DNA of 64,000 nucleotides, taken from NCBI GenBank assembly GCA_002269645.1, contig NIVC01002088.1, forward strand, positions 124,001-188,000, read 5' to 3'. A program made the translations under genes and the position numbers. The notes under the pieces were generated by a model. The model had not been told where the DNA came from. It did not search any database and saw only the letters and a program-made list of their open reading frames with translations. The DNA is from Macrostomum lignano. Its lineage: Eukaryota. Of the stretch, positions 1 through 33,997 are shown piece by piece; positions within the stretch are counted from its first letter, which is position 1, and each line of letters begins with the position of its first letter.

Positions 1-171
1 ATTAAGCGAGATAATATTATTCATTTTCTAAGACTTACTTCCTTCTCATCATTTTCATTCAAATTTACTTGGTCTGGCTCTCCTGCAGTGTGCACAATAC
101 GACTGCAATTCGGAGAATATACTTTAATGAAAGACCTTACCTCAATTATTCTCTAACTGCTTTCTTTTCAG

Positions 172-23030
<22,859 letters not shown>

Positions 23031-24453
23031 CAGAAGAATGCGTGTGTGAAAATCGTTTCCAGTCTCCTGCGATTAAAAGAAAAGATCCAAAAATCGTCCA
23101 TTCTCGTGCATGCTTCTTTATCTTTAAATATTAGGCTATATGCAGAGAATAAAAATCGATTTTCTGACCAGCAGTTCAGCGTAGTACTCGTATTTTTCAA
23201 GTTTTCGAAATTTTTCATTTGAGTTGTCCTAGATTTGCGGTTTGTACAGCAGTAATTACGTTCATTACTTTCCATAAGGGTAGCAGATACCTCTGACACA
23301 ATTATTGATCATGTCCGATTTCGACGAGGAGCCTCCTTTCTTCTACAGATTTAACGTTGTAGGCTTATTTTGCTTCAATAACTTTAGTTTTTATATTTAA
23401 TGTTTTTTTCGAAAGAGATTTTCTCCCAGAAAAAGCAGCTAATTCTTCTTATTCCCTTTGCGGATCAATGCTTATCAATGCTTCCTGAAATCCTTATCAA
23501 CCTTTCAAGTGCTCGTAAATTTTTTTAGATTTATTTAGGAATTAAATTTTTATTTAATAAAGTGTCACTTGTACGCAGGAAAATATAATCAGAGCATATC
23601 AGTGGTTATAGTAGTTTTTTAATTGTTTTTATATGATTACACCAGTCTCGTACACGCTCAATGTCCCAGTCTTCGGTAGTCAGAAGGCCAATCGGATTGA
23701 TTATACGGCTCGTATTTCTCGGTAAATTTACCCTCACAATTTAAGAGACATTCTATAAGTGAACAAGAGATAAATTGACTGTATTGGATTAATAAACAAA
23801 TTAAACACATACAAACGATAGTAAAATTAGAATTTGAAGTTGGCAAAAAAACCTTAAACCGATCAATCGTCAGTCGAATTTTTATGAAACTCTAGAAGTT
23901 ACGTCATCACTGAACTCAAAGTACATCTATGGGAATGAAGGCCTCGAAATATCGTTTTCTGATAGTTAATTATTAAAACTTTTTTCTAAACGAGCTCCTA
24001 TATATACATTTCTCTCTTCTCTCTTCTTCTCTTTTTTTGTTTCTTTTATTTACTGCAGCGAATTTTTTAATGAAAATTTTTATGGTTAGAATAAAAAACT
24101 ACACTACCAACGGACGCTCTGCCCCTGCACCCCCGCTCGCAGTTGGAAATATCTATGGTAAAATGTCTACAATAATACAATTATCACCCTCCTTTTTGGA
24201 CAGAACTGGGAAGCCATAGTACAACTAGAATCTTAAAAAATTGACCTGGAAAAAAGCTAGAAAAAGTCAATAAAGCTGACCACAGTCACTGAAAGTTTTA
24301 GTTCAGTAGAGGGAAATAGACTGTACTGAACGACACAAGGGTTTTGAACTTGCGCGGGGTAATCGCGCGGCCAAATAGGGAAGGCGGCTACGGTACTCTG
24401 CATCACTTTCTAAAATGCGATTTGACTGCCCGAAAATAAAATTCAACGACGAG

Positions 24454-25186
24454 ATGGCAGCGTTTCTGGGCGCCTTACGCTCCGTCTGCTGCGCAGAAAT
24501 CGCACAAAAGCATTGCACCGGCAAGAACTGCGAAGATGATGACATCGTTTTCACGCAGGAAGATGTGCACTTTAACCTCACACCTGGTGACGGTCACCAT
24601 GATATCTGCAGCACAAGAATGCATGCACTTGTCGTTCTAGCTACTGAACTTAAACTATAAGCAGACGGTGATGGCTACAATTTTCAAGGAATACGAGTAC
24701 ATTGGGTCTATAGGCGCGCCCAAGTACACATAGTGGCCTATCTAGGGAATATGCGATCTATGCCTAGAACTAGCGGTGCCCTCTCAATCTCTCATTTCTT
24801 GGAGCAAAGGAGGGGCAAAAATACAATTATTAAATAGGGAATATAACAAACATTCGTGGGAATTTATTTCTAGCAAATTAGCTTGGTTGATTTCGAATAG
24901 CGCGCTTTTTAACATCCCATGCGCATTTCTGAATTTAGAACATCTCGTCTCTTTAAACTGATTTTCACAATTGATTTATTCATTAATTTATTGATTGATT
25001 GATTTGCTTTTAGACTGGGTACAAAAGGCAGAGGATTTGACAATTCGTCTCTTTGAAGCCGACCGGCGACTGCGCAGAGAGGACCCCTACGAAGCGGCGA
25101 TGCGACATCTCGCTACCCGCGGCTGGATTGCTGCTAGGAAAGCTGCTCGGCCGACAACCAGCCGGAGATTAGTTGTCGATGCCTAA
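24454..25186 (+). CDS. Possible small two-exon gene (24454-24586 + 25014-25186, ~101 aa), product unknown
   Basis: Two GC-richer open segments in AT-rich DNA join in phase (CCT G/gtgacg...ttgcttttag/AC TGG). No homology recognised. Confidence 0.3.
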
Positions 25187-26746
25187 GAATCCTAAGGTCA
25201 CCTGTCTTAGATAGACTGTCATTTTCGTATGAAACTCGATTTTCACTATTCGAAGTTAGTAACTTAGAAGAGAAAACACAAGGACCACTAGAAGTTACCG
25301 TTGTATACAACCTTGAGAAATTATTGAGAAGTAGGCTGCTGATCATTCTCGTCGGGTGTTCGCTCTGGTATTCCATCGAGTCCTGATTGCTGCAGCTCCA
25401 GTAAATGAGATAAAGATCTTTGATCGCAGTGGAGTGTGCGCGAAATTGAGTATAGCTTTGTGCATTAATTGCGGGCTTTGATGGCGGTGCAAACGAGTAG
25501 CCATAAGTAGGGAATTATTTATGCTAAATCCATTTTTATAATTTACTTTACGTTAATAGACATGCTTTATATGTTGCTTTACTCAAGTTAATTTTTGTCA
25601 GTCAAGTATCTTCAATCAATTTTTCTCCATTCCCATTAAGGCAGTATGCAGTGTGAACGGGCCTTTTAGGCTCCAGTTTAGCTTAGATCATTAGAAGTTT
25701 TTCATTTGGTTTTGGTTTGCAAAGATAATATATTGTAGTAAGAAAATCGCCTCTGTGATATTTTATTCAAACTGAGGAAAATGAGTTTTTTGTGTTATCG
25801 GGGCGCATGACCCCTTTGTTTACTCTCGGGTGGTCAGCTGACATCTTTATACTTCACTTGCCCAGATCCGCCACATCTGAGTCAAATTTTTCTTTTTCTT
25901 TGTTCTCTAGAATATTTCCTTTGCGCGCAGCTTCGTAGAAATTTTTGAAAATTTAAAGTTTTTCAGTTTTGTTCGCAAAGATCGCCAAAAATATAATGTT
26001 TAGTCGTTTTTATCCGTGTTTTCTCGACGAAACAATAAATAAATTTTACTATGCTTAAATCAATCAGACACAAATATCGATTATTACTGGGTACCAAAAC
26101 TAGTTTTGTTTGAATTGGCGTCAATGGCCAATCGATACTTTTGGGCCCATGAGGACCTGCCCCCCCCCCTCCACAGAGTGTGTACACACTTGACGATGAA
26201 AAAGTCAGGACTGCGGTACACCTGTGTACCTGCGTACAGAATTATTTATAAAAATACGGCACTCATGTGTTTCAGTCGCCTGCAACAGCGCGTAAAATTC
26301 CATTCTGATGTCATTTTTAGCTACAAGCGTATGATCCTTTTCAAAAAAGATTATTTGCTAGGCATAACGACTAAATGATGGCTGGAATTTGAAATAAAAG
26401 GATTCAGTTCTAGAAAATGTGAAAGTGCGTAAAATATCTTTAGGAATACAGAAAAGCAAATGAGGTAAAATGATTAATGACAAAAGCATATTAGCAAAAA
26501 AAGATTTTAAAAAGACGAAAGTCACTGGTTTGATGAAGGAAAATTGCGCAAATTTTTCGGAAAATATGGATGGAAAAAGTCTGGAGCGATTTTTCTTCAG
26601 CCTTAAGCTAGACGAATTTTAGTATCGTTTTATGAGCCTTCACATCTGATAGCTAACTTTCACTCTGCTGCTAGCTGCTGCTGCTGCTGCTGCTGCTGTT
26701 GCTGCTCGTCACCCTCCGCTTTGCTTTCCGGTTACTTCCGTACGCT

Positions 26747-29700
26747 TTAATCCGTCTTCCGAGGGCTTCGATTACTTTTCCCGCCAGGGTTTCTTTCCTA
26801 GAAGTGTAAGAAATTTTAGCTTGAATGAGCTGCGGGATGATTTGAAATTCTAAAATAAGGCTAGAAAACCCGCGCTGGAAAAATCCAAGCGACAAAAGGA
26901 AATTTAGGGTTAAGTTTAGGCCATGGCTCGAGGCTTGAGGGAAGTTGCCAGCGGTCAAGGTGGGGGGCGTTTCGATGCCAAAGCTCAAACTGGATACTTA
27001 GATATTAGGCTAGATAGCTGGCTTTCAGGGCTGATGCTTGTTTGCTAACTACGACGTAACACTAGTGACTGAACAAGGCTTTCTACTCGAGCATGTAGAT
27101 TTTATGCAAAAAATAATTTCTTTGTTGCCTCCCTGAGGGGGGAGGGCAAAGAGTGCTAGTTTTGGGCTAAAAACTGTAAAACTTCCTTAGCTTTCTAATA
27201 CACTTTGCAGCTGAAACCGATCTCCATTGAAATTTGCACGAAATTTGAGTGCAGCTTCAGTTGTCCATGGTGCAAAGTTCAATTACTCTGCCGTTTAAGA
27301 CAATCAGCGGTTCAATGCAATTGTCAGACAGTCGTAAGATGCGATGCCGATCCCTTGTCGGCAAGGAATATTTCGGTAATTTTTCGGTCCACTGTAAATA
27401 AAACGGAAATCTTATAAAAAAGGAAGATAATCAAGCAGTAATATACTCTAACTAAAAGATGTTCTTAGTAAAACGAGGAAGGTTTTTCTTTAACCATTTG
27501 GAAGCCAAAGGCCTGCACTGCAGGCCATACCGAAACGGCCCAGAAACCCAGAGATTGAAAAATGTCTATGGCATCAAAAACCATCTCCCAATCACTAAAG
27601 CAAGTGCCCAGTATGGCCTGCTGTGCAGGCCATGACTGATTTAAAGACGTCCATTGTGCATTTCTATTGTGTTTTCACTCAAATGAGAAATGTTAAAGGG
27701 GAAATAAAGCGTGGATGAATTAGCATGGATCTGGACAGAGACCAGGATTTCCGGGACATTGGCCGCAGCAAAATACTGTCTTCTTAGCTGGAACGTCAGG
27801 TTTCAAATTCGGAATCGTTTGCTTGGGCGAGTCTGGGCTTCCGTTGCAGGGAGTCGTCCGTGTATATGTGGTATCCTTCGCCCAGCACTTCGCGGCTAAG
27901 CTTAACAACAACTCTCGCTCTCTTCCTCGCCATTTTCTGCACTCTCCTGCTGGAACTCCCTGACTGCCAACCACATTCGCTCATTGGTCCATGTGACAAG
28001 ACGGTGGTGAGAAACTCTTCAGTCAGGAAGATTGATAAAAATTATTTCATACTTTCGTCTGGATTTTCTGGTAGACCAGTGCTTAGATTGATGGTCGAAA
28101 ACCCTCGGAATACCGGCATCCCGTCGTGGTCAAACGAGTTGTCATTTCCAGGGGTTACTTCAACCCATTCCGCGGTCGCCTCATCTTGGCTCTGATCAAT
28201 TTCTGGATCCATGCCTTCCGACTCTGTTTCTGACTCAAAAACCGTCGAGTCATTGCTTGATAAAGCGTCTTCCGAATCGGAATCGAGTCCCAGTCTGCGC
28301 AAGGCGTCACTTTTAGCTGTCCTATTCGGCCGCGTAAAAGCCATTTGTGGGTAGGAAGGTTTGAACAGGAGCTAGCTGAAAAACTATGTGATATACTTTA
28401 CTTCTGGGCTTCTAGAGTGTGCACTCGATTCAGCAAAAAAGACAAATTTGTCTATGGACTGCTCTGCAGGCCTTTGGGCTTTTAAGCCATCTTGCGGAAC
28501 CAAGCTTGGGCGCGAAGCTGGTGCGACTGAGTGTCGCTTTGTCTCATGTTGATTTTGGAGTGAAATTTGTTGCATCTTGAATTCTTCTGAACAACTCGAT
28601 CACTCACCCACCAATCGTTGGGGTAGCGGCTAATCCGATCCATGTGCTGGAAGCTCTGCTGCCAGTCCTCCTGCCAATTGGCCAGTTCGCTGTCCCGGGA
28701 ACTCTGGAGAACCCTCTCCATGATGACCTTGTTGCCTCTGGTCACTCCGATGAGATCCCGCTGTCGCCTCTTTGTGTTTAGGCTGCGAGAATGTAATGGA
28801 TATAAGAAGTTTTATACCCTTGCTGAATTGAATCGAGGTTGTAGGAAGTTTTAGCCTAGTGATTAGAGCGTCAGACTCACGACTGAAAGGTGAGGGGTTC
28901 GATTCTCGACCCACTCGGACCAATTTGGGTCCTTGAGCAAGGCACTTAACTCTGTATTGCTTCAGTTCACCCAGCTGTAAAATGGGTGCCAGCATTAGCT
29001 GGGGTAATAGAGGGTGTGTGTGCCGACCCCCCAGTCCTTGGACTGAACAGCCGTACGCAGCCTTCAGCATAAATGACGAATTTTACCAACGAGCCTTTTT
29101 CACATTCCGACTATCAAACCTGATTGTGAATATTTTTACAGGCCTCACCTCCTGGGGGTGTAGTCGCAGTGATTGTCCAGTCCGGAGCCGCTTTTCATGA
29201 TTTGAGTAATCTTCTCCAACAGCTGTCGATTTTCGTAGTCTACAATGGCCTGTCTCTCGGCATCCATCTGGAGCTTCTTTGGCTTCGCGTAAAGGTGCAT
29301 ATAGGTCATTGGCGAGCTTGTGTCCACCACTGGCTTGACCCTCTGAAGCTTCACGGGGCAAAAATCGCGTACTTAGTACATCAGTGGCGAATATTTCCAA
29401 TCCACAATACTAAAAATGAGTCGTCTCTATCTGTCTATATTATTGATTTCAGAAAAAACGGCTCAACCGATTTTCATAAAAGTTGCACCGTTTGATCAGG
29501 ATTTCTAAACTTTTTTGTTAAGAATTTGCCACCTGTTTGCCACATCGTGCCACCTTTTGAAGGTCCAGAAGCTCCTACTGGGTGGAGGCAGTGACCAACA
29601 AAGTCAGAGTTGATGAAGACACATGTGGTCGACGCGCTTGTTGAATTTGGAGGCTTGGGAAGGCCACACTAAGGTGCAGTACTGATTGGCGTACAGGGTT

Positions 29701-30806
29701 GTATCGAATACACTAGCGCAATTATGGGAAAAATTAAAAATTTCTGAAAGATTTTTTGAATATCTCGACGGTCCGGAGGGCGCAAATATTCGTATTTGAG
29801 AGGGTGCAAAACAAAAAAAATAGCACGTGTTCTTGAATTTCGTGTGCCTGCGTTGCTCCGCCGCTGCAAAAAATTTTCAGGGGGGGGGATTCCCCCCTCT
29901 TGGTAGTTTGGCGGGCGAAAAAATGGCTTGGTATTCCTAATGTTAATTAGCTCTGATTTAGTGCAAGCTGGGCCGGCAAACTCCGGCCCGCGGGCCACAT
30001 GCGGCCCGCAAAGCCTCTCTATTCGGCCCGGTTAAAGTTGGGGTCTCTTTTCAGCTGTCTTATTTTCTCTCCTCTCTCCCTTCTTCTCTCTCCCCTCTTC
30101 TCGCTCCTCTCTCCACTCTTCCCTCTCCTCTCGCTACCCTCTCCTCTGCTCACTCCTATCTCCTTTTTTTCTCCTCTAGCCCTCTCCCTTCTCTCTCTCT
30201 TCTCTCTCCTCTTTTCTCTCATTTCATCTCTTGCCTCTCTAATCTTCTCTCAGCTCTTGTCTTCTATTCCCTCTCCTTTCCACTCTCATCTGGCCCGCTG
30301 GATCTTTATTTGGCCCAGGGGTAAAAAGTCAGCCGACCCTGATTAAGTGTTAAGATAGCAAATATTATAAAATTTCAAACTCACTACATTTAATGATAGG
30401 TATATATCAGGGGCGTAGGGAGGGGGGATAGGGGGGTTTATCCCCCCCCCGAAGGGCCTGACCAAAACTTTTTTGTTGCCCTTTGTTGCTATACATGCTA
30501 CCATGTGACTCTGTCATAGCACTTTTACCTTGGTGTATCCTCCCCCTGTAGAAAATTCACCTTGGTGTATCCCCCCGTAGGAAATTCCTGGCTACGCCCC
30601 TGGTATATATATAGCTATAGACAAGGGCAAGTTAAAAATAAGGGAAAAAATTATGTGGATTATTTATATGCTGTAGGAATATGTAATACAAATCCGCATG
30701 CATCGACATTTACCTCCTTTCTGTGTCGCTCATATGCAGCCTCATCAAACTGCTTTTGAAGATAGCGACTTTGACAAGGCGAAACCGTATAGAAGGTTTT
30801 GTGCAT
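26747..30806 (-). CDS. CFAP97 domain-containing (KIAA1430/Hemingway family, CFAP97D-like) protein
   Basis: Exons 30806-30714 (MHKTF...CQSRYLQKQFDEAAYERHRKE), ~29348-29149 (VKPVVDT..P.TY.HL..K.KKLQ...ER...D.ENR.LLEKI..IM), 28782-28608 (SLN.KRRQ..L..VT..N..I.ER...W.EDW...MD.ISRYP); phases are consistent. Last exon 26797-26747 is a guess based on a strong acceptor. Confidence 0.85.
27490..28485 (-). mobile_element. Internally deleted piggyBac-like transposon remnant in intron 3 of the CFAP97D gene
   Basis: Acidic N-terminus and P..MKYF; VVKLSREVLGEGYHIYTD (DDD-domain fragment); C-terminal KKTVFCCGQCPGNPGLCPDPC cysteine-rich domain. TTAA at 27490 and 28482, next to imperfect inverted aagccaaaggcctgca / tgcaggcctttgggctt. 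Confidence 0.75.
28850..29070 (+). mobile_element. tRNA-derived CORE-type SINE in intron 2 of the CFAP97D gene
   Basis: A box tagcctagtgattagagcg, B box ggttcgattct, then gtccttgagcaaggcacttaac...cagttcacccagctgtaaaatgggt, resembling the CORE domain of MIR/AFC-type SINEs. Confidence 0.8.
29968..30341. mobile_element. Degenerate hAT (Charlie-like) non-autonomous element with CT-rich interior
   Basis: Left end ctgggccggcaaactccggcccgcgggcc, right end gtcagccgaccctg; no intact TSD. Confidence 0.55.
30408..30602. mobile_element. 195-bp hAT-type MITE
   Basis: Perfect TIRs CAGGGGCGTAG / CTACGCCCCTG flanked by an 8-bp TSD GTATATAT (30400-30407, 30603-30610). Confidence 0.92.
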
Positions 30807-31399
30807 AGCTAACACAACACTCAGCTCCGCCAAAAAGCTTTCTTTTGATTTTTTTAAGTTTTTGCACGCGTCCTCGCGACAGATGGAAATTTGTGCCGCA
30901 TTTAAACGATCGCGCTTTACACTTGTATCCAATGCAGCTAAGTTTAACAAAAATGATCACTTAGATATTTTCATGTTTTACTTTACTAAAACTGAAACTT
31001 TTATCAATAACTATTAATCAGCTATTATCTAATGTTCAATGAACATTAATTTCCTACGAAACAATCCAAATACGGCTCGTACGTAATTTCGAATGAAAAC
31101 AATTGGTCCTCTGGGATACTATATTTTATTTCATTAAAAATTAATATCTCAAAACATGAAAAAGCCGAATATTTTTTAATTTAATTTAATTTAATTAAAA
31201 GCTCGATCAGTACTTACAGTAGTGCTAACATGTAGTGAAAAAATGAACGCACATGTACATCTTTACATGTCGAATAGAAACTTGCGAATTTATAATGAGG
31301 ACGGACTCAAGGACCACTAGGAATACTTCGTTATAGAGTCAAGTAGCGCAAACACCTTGTCTAAGTAGTCCTTGGACGGACTTCAGCGGGAGTACGACG

Positions 31400-31945
31400 T
31401 TTGCTTGCGGGAAGTTTGCTTGCCGAACTTTGCTTGCCGAGCTTTGCTTGCGGAATTTTGCTAGCCGAACTTTGCTTGCCGAACTTTGCTTGCCGAGCTT
31501 TGCTTGCGGAATTTTGCTAGCCGAACTTTGCTTGCCGAGCTTTGCTTGCCGAAATTTGCTTGCCGAACTTTGCTTACCGAAATTTGCTTGCCGAACTTTG
31601 CTTGCCGAGCTTTGCTTGCCGAAATTTGCTTGCCGAGCTTTGCTTGCCGAAATTTGCTTGCCGAACTTTGCTTGCCGAGCTTTGCTTGCGGAATTTTGCT
31701 AGCCGAACTTTGCCTGCCGAACTTTGCTTGCCGAGCTTTGCTTGCGGAATTTTGCTAGCCGAACTTTGCTTGCCGAACTTTGCTTGCCGAACTTTGCTTG
31801 CGGAATTTTGCTAGCCGAACTTTGCTTGCCGAACTTTGCTTGCCGAACTTTGCTTGCCGAACTTTGCTTGCGGAATTTTGCTAGCCGAACTTTGCTTGCC
31901 GAACTTTGCTTGCCGAACTTTGCTTGCCGAACTTTGCTTGCGGAA
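31400..31945 (+). repeat. 14-bp tandem array (tttgcttgccgaac)n
   Basis: Directly visible, about 39 units with variants. Confidence 0.97.
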
Positions 31946-32414
31946 TTTCGATGTCTGCTTCCTAGAAATTCGCAATCACAATTGCAAGGTTTTAACTTGC
32001 CGAATTAGAATATTTTCTTGTCTGCTTGCTTGTTTTTGATTGCTTGTGAAGTTGGTCCGTCAATTATTACTTACTACAGATGCTTTGCAAGTGGATTCTT
32101 ATCAGCGTCGATGTAAACTGACTTGACACTGAGCTTTCAAACTTGGCTTATAGAGTTTCATTCTAAGAATTTAGGGGTCGCAATATAAAGCTGTCGTAGC
32201 GTAAGTTCGATCGTACGTCGGAACTTTTACACTACGGAGATGGGAGCTGAGAACGATCTTATCTTACGATGTTCTGCATTAGGGCTTTTCAAATCCGCCA
32301 TATTCTCATACAAAATCATAACACTATAGGCGACTTCCACGAATCTTAGAAAACAAAAATTAGAAATACAAGAGCTCAATAATAGGTTCTCTAAGGTTCC
32401 GCAAGAAAACTGTG

Positions 32415-32583
32415 GCTGGCAAATCTCGGCAAGCAAATTTCCTGCAAGCAAACTTCGGCAAGCAAAATTCTGCAAGCAAACTTCGGCAAGCAAAGTTCGG
32501 CAAGCAGACTTCGGCAAGCAAATTTCCGCAAGCAAAAGTCCCGCAAGCAAACTTCGGCAAGCAAACTTCTCGCAAGCAAATTT
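32415..32583 (-). repeat. Same 14-bp array in inverted orientation (gcaagcaaacttcg)n
   Basis: Reverse complement of the 31400 array, about 12 units. Confidence 0.95.
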
Positions 32584-33231
32584 CATAGACCCACTTCAGC
32601 ACTAATGCGAGGGCATGAGCTACTGTAACTACTGCCATTAGAAATAGCATTTTCTCTTTCTCATTTTCTCCTCTCCTTACCCCTTTCTACTCTCCTCCCG
32701 TTACATTGTCTCCACTGGCCTATTGTACTCTCTTTTAATGCTTTTTTCTTTTCTTCCATATATTGGGCTTCTATACCAGATACTTTTTATCGATTTTTAT
32801 CGATTGATGTCAAGCTACATGTGCTATTAGGCGCGGCCATCTGGGCATGCGGTTCGGTCTGGGACAATGACGTGACTGGCCCTTAATTTTCTCATTTTGT
32901 GACTGGCCATCAATCACAAGAGATTTAGGTCTATTGTTCGGATTTTTCTAGTTTTTGAGTTTTTTACGATATCGTGACAGTTATAGCTGATCTTTACATA
33001 TAGAAGTATTGTTTTAATTCTGATGTTTTCGCGGATTATACATTTGCACTCATCTCTCCATTCCTGATTTAATGCATGTATATTTTCATGTTGATTTTGG
33101 ACTTGGCATTGCTGAAACTCAATTCATTTTGTATCGAAATTGGGTGATTATGGTCACACCTGTCAATTTTTAAAGTACCTAGGGGCCTGATAAAATATTT
33201 TGGCTTTTTGGGTCTGGGTAACAACAAGCTC

Positions 33232-33286
33232 AGCCAATCAGAAAATTTGGCTTACATTTTAACGAAATAGGCTTAGCCAATCAGAA
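33232..33286 (+). promoter_or_regulatory. Paired CCAAT boxes (agccaatcagaa x2), possible promoter
   Basis: Two NF-Y-like motifs about 45 bp apart; no associated gene established. Confidence 0.3.
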
Positions 33287-33997
33287 TCGAGTTCAGAGCT
33301 CCTTCTAGTCAGAAACCCGATTTCGAGAGATTTGGTGAGCGAGTTCGCACGTGTTGGTGGCGACGAATTAGCTGAACCTCCGGATTAGCTTATTTCTACC
33401 TTTTCAATTGAATTCCTTCTCAATGTTTTCTACTTTACCATCTGACAGGTGTATGAGGCCAGAGTTACTAAGTGATTGATTTCTATGCTTTTAGCAGGCA
33501 TCTGATCAAGCGCTTAAGACCCACCACCATATTAAAACAGAACTTTTTGTGATATCTATTTTTTAATTCAAACGGATCCCTGAGTGCACTGAAAATGAGA
33601 AGAAACACTTTTTCTTTGTACAAGTAGTTACTGAAGTAACTTAAGAATTTTTGACAATTTCTATTGTCTCTAATCTTTCGTAGCTAAGTGTTGTGTTGCT
33701 ACTCAATGTGTGTGTGTAGTTGTGTGTACGTTCGTTGTACATCTGTTAGCTATCGATCGCATTACAATATATGATATATAAGTGAGAGCGCGTTGAGTTT
33801 GAGAGCTTGAGAGTTTCGCCTACAAACTTGCAGACTGGCTGGCTTATTCATTATACAACATTGGCGTCGCAAGCTAAAGCCAACAACCACCCCAATTAGC
33901 CGGGGTTGGAGTCAGTCTGAGTGAAGTGTCTGCAAAACACACGCCAAGCCAACACAAGTTGCTACAACAGCACCAAACTGCAAAAGTGCAAACTAAA

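Noticed and set aside
26660-26746. In-frame poly-Gln tail after two TAA stops downstream of the putative last CFAP97D exon (readthrough or alternative code)
   Set aside because: TAA and TAG act as normal stops elsewhere in the window; a (CAG)n microsatellite in the UTR explains it
31430-32650. Cys/Leu-rich LAELCLPNFACR ORFs on both strands
   Set aside because: Artefact of a stop-free 14-bp repeat; no start context or splice support
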